The notes under the pieces are model-generated. The model had not been told where the DNA came from, searched no databases, and was given only the letters and a program-made list of their open reading frames with translations. The translations under genes and the position numbers were made by a program. A DNA stretch of 64,000 nt from Auanema rhodensis (Eukaryota; Animalia; Nematoda). Numbering within the stretch: the stretch's first letter is position 1; each line of letters begins with the position of its first letter. Below, piece after piece: positions 14,130 to 28,200 of the stretch. The DNA lies in the NCBI GenBank assembly GCA_964057225.1, contig OZ059899.1:8184001-8248000 (forward strand), in the 5' to 3' direction.

Positions 14130-15026
14130 GCTCTTTCTCCCTCTATATCTTCCTCTTTCTCTCTCTGGTTATATGTAAAAGAGTACGTGGCGAACAGATA
14201 GAATGAAGAGACTATTTAAACTTCAGAGACACAGATGTATTGATTGATTACACATGATTCAGGGTTACGTACTGTCCGTTTAGGAAATGGGTCTATTTTA
14301 AGATCACAACTCGCTGACAATTATATAAATGATTGGCATTCGAAATCATTGAACTGATTGCGCAGGAAGCGGTTATCTTTCTAGCATTCAAATCATTATC
14401 TTTGTTTTCCATAGGAAAAATCTTAAAAGATTCTGTTGTTTCTAATACATTGTTAGGTGAGGCACTCAATGATTAAAGTCGTTTACTCAAAAGAACAAAG
14501 AATTCTTCATTTATGGCCATTTGATTACAAAATAAGTTATTGTAAAACGTAAACAATGATACTCAGATAAGAAAACAATGCAGGTGAACTTGATACTTCC
14601 AAACCTGAGCGTCATAAGCATATTCGGACGACAAAAGCCGACCGGCTCCCAAGTGATCTTTGATGTCAAATTTGGTATACCCTCATGAAGAATCTATCTG
14701 CCCCAGTTTTCAACTACACAGCCATTTTTCGAAGTAAATACAAGTCAAGGCATTTATTTCTGTAAATATCTCACGTCAAGCAAGTGAACTTAATCAATAA
14801 TTAAAATTATTAGCAAAATGTTGTGACTACTTTTAAAACCAGTAAAAAATAAGTATATGAATATCGATTTCAGTATAAAAATTCATAATACGAGAGCAGA
14901 AGTATGAAACGATCACCGGAATATGATGAAAGAAAATAATTAAAATTTGAGTAAAAAGAAAAAATAAAGAATCTAGAGAATAGAATCAAGATTCGAGTTA
15001 AGAATCTTGCTCATGACTAACAGATT

Positions 15027-18000
15027 TTAAGACTTTTCTGGCATAATCGCGTCCTTCTGCAATTTGGCATTTGATACAGCTTCTTCTGCAGCTGCTATAA
15101 ACTGAGTTAACGACTTCTCATCAATAGGTTGTGGTCCTTCCATGAAAAACACCTGTAAAACAGATGGATTTGTTAACATCTATATTAATTTTAAAGTATT
15201 GTTATTGAAAACTAGCTATGATCACTAATCATGCTTACACTATTAATGATACTTTTTGGTTAATTATTCCTTCAATATATCTTCGTGGTAAAGGCAAATC
15301 AAAAATAGCAAGAAGATTTAAGAACAAAGTAAAGTGCACCCAATTAGACAAGAACCCATATTTCCACATATTTGCAACGTGGCGGTGCTATGATAAGAAT
15401 TGAAGTATTCCTCATTTATTACTTCAAATTCTGAGTTCAAACACCCACATCTCTGCACCCCAGATAGTTTTCAAGATCATAGGTTACAAAATAAGCCTCA
15501 GCTAAGCAATTAACCTCAATAAGATTCAGATGTATACTCAAGTACAGTCATTGGCTGCAATGGGGATCGAACCAAGATTGATAATTTTGGAATCGAGAAC
15601 ATTGCCAATACACCACATTGCACATTCAAACAATAGTAAAATGGCAAACAAATCACCTCGTTGTCTCCTCCGTAAAACCCTTTAAGTAACAAGTACAACT
15701 CTCTGTGTAAGTGAACATAACTCGATTTTGTTCTAAAACGGGTTGTATTATCTGATAACTTCACCAACAGAGATGAATTATCAATTGGTCCTGGAGGTTC
15801 TGAAAACAAAAATTACAAAATAAAAAGTCACTCAACAGATAAAGAACCTGCAACTGGGTCTGTCAAAAATCGTTCCCATGACTGATACCATGATCGACTT
15901 ATTATAACAGGTGGAAGATGCACAATCATTAGAGATTCAGGATTGGAATGCCGCATTTCTTGGATCTAAACATCATTAATTTCAATGTTATCAAACTCAT
16001 TATTTAAAACGAATTATTTACTTCGTCTTCCAGAGCACGGAATTGTTCACTTTGTAATTTCCTTCTTTCACATAAAGAGCGCCATCGCTTATTACAAACA
16101 AGACAATAGTGCAACTTATTCACACGAGGTCCACCTCCAAATCTTAAAGTAAAGTATAACATTTACAATTCGACCACAGACAAGACAGAGATATGTGAAA
16201 TACTTACTCGGAATACAACATATCTGCAAGCTGGGAACTTATCGGTGTGATCAAAGTAGATATATGATCCGCTCGTCGTGGTAATAAATGCCCATGTTGA
16301 CATAAGAAAGAATAGTTAGTAATATGTCCTGGCTTCGAAAAAGTATTGAGCTTCAAAAGCCATTCTGTTGAAATATAACTATGATGACTTATCTAAAACG
16401 ACAGCAAAAATACACAAAAATATCAGCAAAGATTAACCTTAACAGCAGACTCGGGTGATAAGAAGTCCTCTGTTCGTGCCCGAATATACTCAAGCCGAGA
16501 AGGAACTTGACGTTGATAAAAAAGAACATAAGCTTCTTTCGTAAGTACATAAGCAGAATCTAATTTAGTCACGGTAGAATCATCAAACTCGTACCTTCAA
16601 ATTTGAATTTGGGATAATTAATAAAAATTTTCAATGAAACTTACCAATTTCCATCAATCTCGTTTCTGCAGTACGCTAAATAATGGCCACTATCAGCAAC
16701 GCTGCCCTCATGAGTAACAAAACCGCACAAATCATAGACGGCTCCCTCGTTCTCTATGCAAAATTCAGAAATATCTAGGCCAACTAATGGAAAAGCTAAT
16801 TTAGTCGAAACCTAAATTTATGATGTCAAAAAAAGCACATAACAAAACAGAATATACTTTGGCACTCGAATATGAGTCATGTCGAAAGCGCTTAATATGA
16901 ATAGAGAGCACTTCAGGAGCTCTTTTGATTCTACACGTTTTAATTCCGTTCCGAAGTCTATATATAAACAGATTACATGAAGATTATTGAAATATAACGC
17001 ACTTTTTGCATTTTTCGCAAGAATACATATCGTCTCCGACTAAACGATCAGGGCTAAAGAAAGCTTTTAAGCAATCTTCTAATGTTGTATTAGCTGAGAC
17101 GAAAAGGGAAGAGAAGGATCCTAACCATGACCACCATAGGCTCCACTAAGACAATTCAATGATTTCAAGCAGAAAAGGTGTAAGCTTACTGAGTCCTTCT
17201 GTTTTACATTCCCTTCTTCATCGAGATCTTCAGAAAGTCTATCTAGTTGTTCTCTACTCGGTATAGGAAGAGATAAATCCTATAATTGGAATTTATATGC
17301 CGAATATAACTTAAATTGTACTTGGAATGTTTCTGTAGTAGTTGAAACCGTTTGACATGTTAAACATTTTACTCCGCTTTCAATTGTACCATCAAATACA
17401 TCAGTAACAATTGATCTCCAATAGCATGGTTCCTGTTTTTTTTCGGCTGAGTTTTCTTTGAAAATTAAAACTAATTTATAAAAAGTTAAAATAAAACTAA
17501 CCTCTTCCTATTCCCGGTTGCGAACCCTGCCTGGAATCATTAGAAGTCGACGGGCTTTCTCCGTCTGAACTCAACCCGCTATCAGCTGTTTCAAATCTAA
17601 ATGCAATGAGATTTTAAGACATACTTAACGAAATTCCTACTGATCACTATCATTAGAACTAGTTGAACTATGTCTATTTGATCTCTGGGATCCAGAATTG
17701 ATGAATTCTACTTCATAAGAATATACAGGTTGGGATAACTCTCTATAATACTGATGTAAAAAAAAATCTATTTTCTTTGGTTTAACCTATGAATCAACTC
17801 TAACAAACATCTTATCAGTTCTTGAGCGTCCTGTTGATTCCATCCTCGAAATTGTGGAAACATTTCCCTTACTCGCTAAACAACCGCAAACATGATAACA
17901 AATGAATTTAAAAACACACAGTAAGTAATGCTTTAGGAGAGATAGAAGGCTCTCGCTGGGGACTCCACAATCGCTGTATAAGTTGAGCCATTTGGTTACT

Positions 18001-19103
18001 AACAAGAGGTTCTCGTAAAGCGTAAGGTCGAAGATCACCCTATACAATAACATTATGATTAACAAAATTACTAATATCTTACTTTATCCCTGAAGAAATC
18101 AGAAAAAGGGGGGCAGCTCGATAATACTTGAATAGCTGCATTGAAATAGCATGTATTACCAATATTAGTTAAACCAGTGAGGCCTGTATAAACAAAATGT
18201 TAACAAAATTAGTTATTCTCAAAGCACCTTTAGGAAAATCATCTTCAAACGAATCTTCCATTTGTTTTACATATGCTCTACTTTGAGGAGTTGAATACTG
18301 AATGGCTGGTCCTCGTGTTTTATCCTAAAGATTTCAAAGCGATAAAGAAGATGAAAAAGTGAAAGTTACATAGTTAGATATGGCATTTTTCTTTTCTACT
18401 AATGGCATTTCAAAGCTTTGTGAGCATGATTGTTTCGTTTGAGGTGAGTTGGAGGGAGGCCACCGACGTCCTCGTTTTAAAGTTTTTAGAGTCCTTCGAA
18501 GCTAAAGATTTAAACATTTAGTTATCTGAAGCATTATAAATAAAACACGAACCTCAGCTGATAAAGGTGTCACATTATTATCTCTATCAACTTCCACATC
18601 ACAAATATAACAATAAAGTCTATTATTACCACGATGGACAAAAATATCATGACCAGGATTATTCTTAAATTTCAAATAATAAAAAAACTATGATGACTGA
18701 TAAACTCACTTCATGATGTTCATAAACATGAAGTTCTTCCTTCAAGCCACAAAACGAAGACCCACAAGATGGGTACAAGCAACCCCATCGGGATCTAGCT
18801 TCGCCAGGACATAACGCACAGTTTTGCTGAATATATTATATATTGCTAACAAAAAATATTTCCTGATAACCTGTTGCAGGGATATGAAATCTTCACGAGT
18901 AAGAACGTCAAGGGAAGACTTAACATGAAGACAATTAGATTGTCCTGGAGAACTGAAAATAAGAAAAATATTGCAATATTCAGTCAAATTATTACTTACC
19001 TAGAAGGATTACTAGACTCATTGTCCACAGACTCTTCTTCCGTTAAAACGAGAGACGAAGAACTATCAGCTTTCCCAGTTCGTTCCGATTGCTTTCGTCT
19101 CAT
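15027..19103 (-). CDS. usp-33: Ubiquitin-specific protease, USP20/USP33 family (zf-UBP + peptidase C19 + DUSP), multi-exon
   Basis: zf-UBP ([32 protein letters not shown]), Cys box [22 protein letters not shown], His box [25 protein letters not shown], and DUSP motif [10 protein letters not shown]. Ends ...AIMPEKS*. Confidence 0.88.
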
Positions 19104-19319
19104 CTATATATAGAGAACAAATAAATACAAACACATCTATGAAAATGTTCAAATAAGAAATTGGTTAAGAACCAATTACAAAAAAATAAACAAAACAAAA
19201 AGACGGGATCTTGTAATATGTACACGTAAGAAAAGAAACACACGGGTAATTGGAAAACAAACCAATAAGAACAAGTATTTAAAACAATTATGAAAACACC
19301 AAATACAACTAAAAATAAT

Positions 19320-20961
<1,642 letters not shown>

Positions 20962-21545
20962 AATAATTCAACAATAAATGACATACAACTGAAAAATAAA
21001 TTTGACGTTTTTGAAATGAATTTTGAAATATCGATTAGTTTTAATGATGGAGATTTTATTTTTGTTATGTTTTTAGTGAATGAATTACTATATAGATAAT
21101 ATGTGCATAATAAAATCAATTATATTTCAGCTTATTTCAAAATATAATTGGCGTAACTATAGATAATTGCAAAATTATGATTTGAAAAATCGGATAGTTA
21201 GCGAGTGTGTTGTATATGCACACTCCTCGAAATGACCAATGAACAATAAATTGGTCTTGCACCGGCGTTTACCGTGTCATGACATGTCTAACATTTTCAC
21301 ATTTTTGCATTTTTCTTATTTTTCGTGTCATTTTAACATTTTTTCTAATTGTTTGGTTTTTCTTGAAGCTGTTATAGTAATTTTTGATGCCCATCAGTAT
21401 ATTGATTACTTATAATGAGAGGATTTCTTAAAATTTTGACTCCTTGATTTTAGGACTGTTTTTCTATCTTCTAATCTTATATTCGTTGTGACTGTATTTT
21501 ATAAAATGCACTAGTACCTATATTCCTTTTCTTTTTTAGGTAATA
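20962..21545. promoter_or_regulatory. Shared divergent promoter region of cdc-7 and rpl-28
   Basis: 584-nt head-to-head gap with a GC-richer core at about 21200-21290. A pyrimidine tract and TTTTAG acceptor lie just before the rpl-28 ATG. Confidence 0.55.
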
Positions 21546-22187
21546 ATGTCCGCTGATCTTACTTGGCAAATCATCAGAAACAACAGTTGCTTCCTTAGAC
21601 GCCAGAGGGGCATCAACAAGCTTTTCTCCGTCGAGAAGTTCAACCTTAAGGGAAAGAACTCTCCCCGTTACAATGGATTGATCAGCAGAAGAGCCATCGA
21701 CGTTTCTCCAGCTGAGGACGGTAAGGGACTCGTTGTCTCTACCAAGGTTGCCGGTGAGTTTTTTTAAAATTGTTGTTATCATAACTAATTTACGTTTTTA
21801 ATTGCTTTTTCATTTTAGGTAAGGTTAACCAGCCAGCCAAGAACGTTGCTGTTCAGGCTTTCAAGAACCCAGAAACTGCCACCAAGTCTCTTAAGGCTAT
21901 CGCTAAGAACCAAAAGCTTTCCAGCCAATACAGAGTATGTTTTTGTTATCATAACTGCTTGTGCGCAACAGCGAAAAGTTTTGGTCCTAGTTGTAATTTT
22001 CAAATTCTTCCCTTTGGAGTTTCGCTATACTTCCTGTGAAAATAGCTGTTGCGCGCGTGCCGGTTAATGAGTGGTGTGCAAGCTCCGCCCAATGTGTCGA
22101 TTTCAGCTGGCCCAGAGACGTGCCTCTGCCATCATTCGCTCCCAGCGGCCTAAGTCGAAGAAGTATGTTAAGAAGACTGAGGCTTAA
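21546..22187 (+). CDS. rpl-28: 60S ribosomal protein L28 (eL28), 3 exons (21546-21753, 21819-21934, 22107-22187)
   Basis: MSADLTWQIIRNNSCFLRRQRGINKLFSVEKFNLKGKNSPRYNGL...LAQRRASAIIRSQRPKSKKYVKKTEA*. Codon bias typical of highly expressed genes. Confidence 0.96.
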
Positions 22188-22238
22188 TTCAGCTCTGTTA
22201 TTTGTTTTCGAATGAACCTGTTTCTAATATGATGTTCT

Positions 22239-25200
22239 ATGATGTTGTTTATTATAAGTTTAATGTTTACTACTGGTTATGGGTGCAGGGTATCCGTTTC
22301 ATGCGTAAACGGAACTTTGTCCGAACCAGAGCTTTCGACTGCATTCGCTAGTGAGATATGCTCACAGATCTCCTTGACTCCGACTTGTCATGTAGATTCT
22401 CTTAGTCCGTTTCTACTAATCAATCAGAAAAATGTTTACGAGTTGAATTTATCACAATGTAACGCTACTGAAGTTATGTGGCAGTCTGTGATCTCATCAG
22501 GCGTTAACGTGGACTTGAGTAGATGCCCTCTTAGCTGTAGTTGTGTGAATTCGTATATGGCTCATTTACCTTCTCATCATATACGGCTCAAGCTTCCTAT
22601 GTCATATTCTTGTGGATCTGAGCACGAGAAATGTGCTCAAGGACAAGTGTTGCCGCGAAATGAAATTCTCAATATTGAGATAGGAACGCCACTAGAAATA
22701 AAATTCACTATTGATGAAGGGATTGTCTATCCCGAATTGATAAATAAGAACAGGTGAGTAGTAAGTGCAATTTCCTTTTTAAGTCAAATGTTTAGTATCT
22801 TAGTTCTTTTGCAAGTTGCTTCTAATATATTAATCATGAGCAAAAGTCACATACGGCCCTATAATACACTTATGTGAGAAAAACTATATGAATTTCTAAT
22901 TCTTCAGACAGTATTTTATCTTTCCTGAAATGGAAAGACATAACGGAACAGAGGTTGTGACACCTCGAGAAATTCGTCTTAATATAGAGTCGGCGACAGA
23001 GGACTTGATTGGTCATGTGAAATTCATTTGTTGGCACTGCGGACACCCTATAAGCAGTTCTGTTGAGGTGAGAAGCCTTTAATAGGATTTTTCTTTGAGA
23101 GAGCGAGAACTAGACTGAATTTATAACACCTGCTATTTGAGTTTTGAGCTACATGGCGTTTCTTTTTCGCTTATATGTGAATTTGATTCTAGTTTTGAGT
23201 TTATACTTTTAACTCTCATATTTGCAATAATTACATTCAAGACGGCATTGTCATTGTTAACTCACAAAAATTACCAAAGAAATTAAAAATTTTATCTCTG
23301 AAATCCGTGGCTTATGGTAGTATTCAATACAGGGCATTCATTCTTAACAAAAATTCAAATAAAAACAAACAATTTGTTTTACGAAAAATATATTCCTCAT
23401 TTGTTCTTTACTGTTTCTTCGATGTTTCTTCTTTATACACATATATATATAAATAATTTCAATAAAATGCTCAATTCATGAAGATTTTTCTATTAGGGCC
23501 TCTAGTTCTCGGATGTGAGCCCTTCCTTTCCCACAAGTTCCCTGTTTCTTTCTTTCACGCGTCTTTCCATCTTTATCTCTCTTGACGTCGGATTATCTTT
23601 CTTCATATATACTTCTTAAGGATCGGACGTGAGATGTTTCTTGAATTCCAATGCTCCCTGATCTCTCGTTAGAACTTTCAAACATATAGCTAATGTTCTC
23701 GATGCTATTAGGCCATAGAAATATTTTGCTCTATACATATATATGTTTGTCCACTATTATGAAATTATAAAAAATGATATATGATGTGAGCGTAACTTTT
23801 CATAATTTTAATTTCAATTTATTCACATTTATGTGACGGTCTATAATTCTGAATTGAAACAAAATTTATTAGCTAAATGTTCATGCCTAGCAGTGTTGGG
23901 TAGTTCCTGTATTAGTTAGCGAGCAAGGTTTCAATGTTCCTTCTAATCTACTTGAAGCACAATTGACGAGCACTCCTAAAGAAAGGCAATGGTTCTCATG
24001 TCCTTCCATCAATTTTCTTAATCTTCTATTTCGTTACAAGTGAAGGAGAAAGAAAGAGAGATGAAAGACGAATGAGAGAGCAGCCGGCAAGTAAAGTAAG
24101 AAAAATTGGTTCATCATCATTTTGTCTTGCGTAAATAATTAAAAAAAACAAAATTAAAATAAGATTCTTCAATTTTATATTTTACGTCATTCTACAAGGT
24201 TTCGACCAGTGCTTCTTCAGCTTCACTTGCCAGCTTATCCAATTGCTATAATTCGTTCTCAATATGATTCTCAATTTTACTACGTCACAAGTTATGAAGG
24301 GTTGAAATAAAAGCCCAAATTAGAAACCACACAAGGCTGATCTCTACTTATTTTTAAAAGATTTGCTCAAAGAAAAGGAGCAGCAGACCTTTCCGTATTA
24401 GCAAAACAGCAACAAAAGTATTTTGAACACAATTTCTAGCACATAGTTTATCTTGATCTCATGGGCTGCCTATATTTTGATTAGTCCATGTATGGATATG
24501 TGAGCGTATGTAGCAGAGCCCCTGCTATCGATTGTGCTGCTTGCCCGTCTAAAAGAAAAAAGAAAAAAGATGACGAAAAGTAGAGGAGGTGGAGGTACGG
24601 AAGGGAGGTAAGAGGGACTGAGAGAGGGAAAGCACGCAGATAGGCGAGAATTGCCAACAAAATGAGAGATGAGGAAGTAGCAGTGATGGGAGAAGATGAA
24701 AGGAAGAAAATTTTGGAATGTGCGTGTAGAGAAGACGTATGTCATTAGGAGTAACGCTATTTCGTGACTACTAATAAGGGTGCAGGTCATAATAGCTGAA
24801 ATTAGAAAGTGTGCCCGAGCTGCCTTGTCTTTTCCGGTTCTTCCTAAAAAGGACGGCTCTGTCCTGAATCGGCTTGTTTCAAGTTCTAATTTCTATAAAT
24901 GTACACCATATGGGGCTTATGAATGCTGTGAGAAATCAAGATAGCAGATAGCCGGAAAGACGTTTTGCTTACGATAGTTTGAGCTCAAATCAAGTGACAT
25001 ATGTATGCATAGAAAATGTTCAAGTTTTGATTAGCTTCATTAGTTTCATCCTCTATCGTATAATTTCCGAAGCAAACTAGTTGAACTCTGTGAGCTAGTG
25101 GGCTCAACCTATTTAAACTCTTTCCAATTTTTTCTCCTGATCCTAGTGGCTCGCTCAAAACTTAATTAGTCGGAATACGTAGTTGGATATATCAGGTGTT

Positions 25201-28200
25201 AATATCTCATCCTATTCATATCCATACAAAAGAAGCATAATAAATTAGTCAGAGAGAGATGTATACATGTGTGATGGAGACTGCGAATGCGACATGCTTC
25301 ATATATTTTATGCGCCGTAGTTCTTCCGCCTACGATTTAATTATTATTCATTAATCAATAAATTTCTTTCCTAGGCTTGCGAGTGCTGTTTCTAATCTCT
25401 TTAGTTGAGTTTGTTACTTATAGCTTGGAACAGAGTTCTTTTTGTCTTGTGTTCTGCGATAGTTTCGTAAACCACATCTATGTTGCTATGATCAAAATAA
25501 GAAGCTTGTGATATAAACTATTGAATAATCCTGATAACTACTTCTATATCGATAGTCTAATGATTTTAAGCCTGGTAGAAAGAAATTAAATGAATAAATC
25601 GAGCCTTGTGCTTTGTCCACACGGGGTTGTTAATCTAGATGATAATCCTGTTGCTGGGCAGCCAATATTAAAGCTTATGAAGTCACCGAATTCAACTTCA
25701 TTGTCTAGCCGTCTAATATTTTCCGTTTTCAAAAAAATTACAAAATTGCTACTTGAAAGTGTTGCGAACAAATCTTGTTAAATGAAATTCTGATTCATAA
25801 CAATAGGGGCTCGAAAAGTTAGTTTGCATGACAACTGCTTTGAAAAGGAGATTATATCACCAAATATAAAATAATAGTTCGTATATGTTGTCCTAAGTTT
25901 GTACCTATGTACACCTAGAACAATGAGCAGTGAACCATAAGCTTTGAATGTAAAAATAGCCAAATAGAAAAGAAATACAGAATACTGTGCCATTAATTAA
26001 CGGAATTGGTTATTCTGTATTGATATTGTTGTGTAATTGTTATGAATGTTTTGTATTATATGGAATGCGTAAATATAGATGTATGTCAAATATAATTTCA
26101 CTAGTTAAAATTATGGATTTAGGCTTTATCTGAGTAATAGATAATTGAAGCTTTTAACTATACTAATTACACGCACCGGATCATATAAATGAAATGTTTC
26201 TGTCAATATAAATATAAAGAGAAATATTTGATGAAGTTGTAGTTGCAATATCAACTTTCATCTGTTTATCGTAGTGATATTATAATATGGTTATTAAATA
26301 TATCATCATATTATTACAAAATATTACTTAAAGATCAATTAAAGTACCTGTTGATTGGGGGTGTATAGCTTGTAGAATTTTGTAATGCAACCACTTCTAA
26401 CAGTTTTACAGCAATGAAATAAAAATTGAAAGCATAGATATATTTCACGTGAGAACGTCGTGACTTGTTTGAAGAATAAATTGGTTAACAATGACAATGT
26501 TGAGAAAATTAGATAAACCACAAGTTGTATCCCCGTTATTATCGTTTATCTTTGTTTCAGATTCATATAGCTAAATCACTTGAAGTTACTATTGTTGACG
26601 ATGAATCTAATAATGATCTCAGCCATCTAGTTGTATCAGGACATCCAATTAATTCTCTATCTCTTACTGTGACGGATAGTACGGGAAAGGTAATTTCATT
26701 ATAAATATATAATAAAAAAAAATCGTAGTGTTGAAATAACAAGAATACATATTTAGTTGCATTTGAATTTATTAATTTTAAATTGTTCAAATTAATTCAT
26801 AATATATATATATACACATATATAATAAAATTATATTTATAGATACATACATATGTATTTATATAAAGCATGAAATACAAATAAAAAAATTTTTGTAGAT
26901 TAAACTTTATTTTATAATAATAAAATATTTTGTAGTTTAACTCTAGTCATGCTTTACCGGTTGCTCTAAAAGACGATTCGCCTTTTAATCTTTTCGGAAC
27001 TTTATTCATTCGTCCTGAAACAGCGTGAGTTTGCCATTTTTAAAACTTTAAACATAAGAAAAATCAATAATTACTTGTTTTTATTTAATTATTTGCAGCC
27101 ACTGGTCTTTTCACAAGCGGGTTTTTTCGATTTATGTTCGATATCCTCTATACACCATAGGTGCAGAGCATGACCAAATCATCAGTTCTGGAAATTTTAC
27201 TTTTAAAATCTGCAACCATATCAACGAAGCACATAATCCAGTGAGTTTGAGTTTGAATTTTGTTCTTATGTAATGTTTTATCTATTCATAATATGTTTTG
27301 TTAAAGGTTGTCTCATTATTTTCGGATAATAATACTGAGACTTTTGTAGAATGTGGAACAGCTTATCATTACTTGAATATATCAAAGGTTTATTTTTTTG
27401 TATTTTTACTTTTTACTTCTTTTCAATTATAATATTTATAGTTTTTTTTTGATGCAACAAAAATTTATTTTCTGATTTAGAATTCTTCGATAATAGAAAA
27501 TTTGAGTAGCAATCAACATGTACATTGGATTATTATACTAATCTGTATTATTATTCTTCTTCCTTTTGTAATCTATCCAAACATGAAGTTTTTGAGATCC
27601 CGGATTATTCGGAACAAGGTTAGTGTTTGATAAACGGTCTATGTGTTGTTACTTATTTTTGAAGGGCTTTAAGTTCCAGATGGCGTCTAGACTATCTCGT
27701 AGGTTACCAGGAGCTCGTAGAACCAGCATATCAACTGAAGAGACAATGCTTCGATTAGGTATATTTCATTTTATATGCATCGATATCCAACAAAGCTGGC
27801 TTGAACATGCAAGAAAAATACATATTTTTCACGAAGTGGAAACATTTTTCTTATTTTGATATAATATGGAAGATATATAAATAAGCTGGCTGCTCAAAAA
27901 TATAGTAATACTGAACTTTATTGACGTGAAAACGGATAATCTTCTTCTTTTCACAACTTTGATGCAAATGTTACAAAAGATACCCAAGAGATATAGTTAC
28001 TTAGGAAAATAATGATTTTGCCAGTTATAATTAGTTCTAAATCGTTTGTTTCGTGTGATATTAAATGAAATTGCATATAGATGATAGACATGTTCAATAA
28101 AACATGAAAAGCTGCTCATATTGCATATGAAATACTCTAAATGTTTTTTTTTCAGAAGAACGAGCTTCGTTGTCATCTTCAGATTATTCAGGACAAATAA

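Noticed and set aside
13779-14206. Overlapping ORFs upstream of nhr-48
   Set aside because: Artefacts of CT/GA microsatellites (LSLSLS).
25822-25835. X-box-like GTTTGCATGACAAC in the trk-1 intron
   Set aside because: One half-site breaks the consensus and it is not positioned near a supported start codon.
25586-25993. Two minus-strand ORFs with hydrophobic starts inside the large trk-1 intron (possible nested gene)
   Set aside because: No splice pattern joins them into a coherent protein, and F/I/L-rich frames arise easily from AT-rich DNA.
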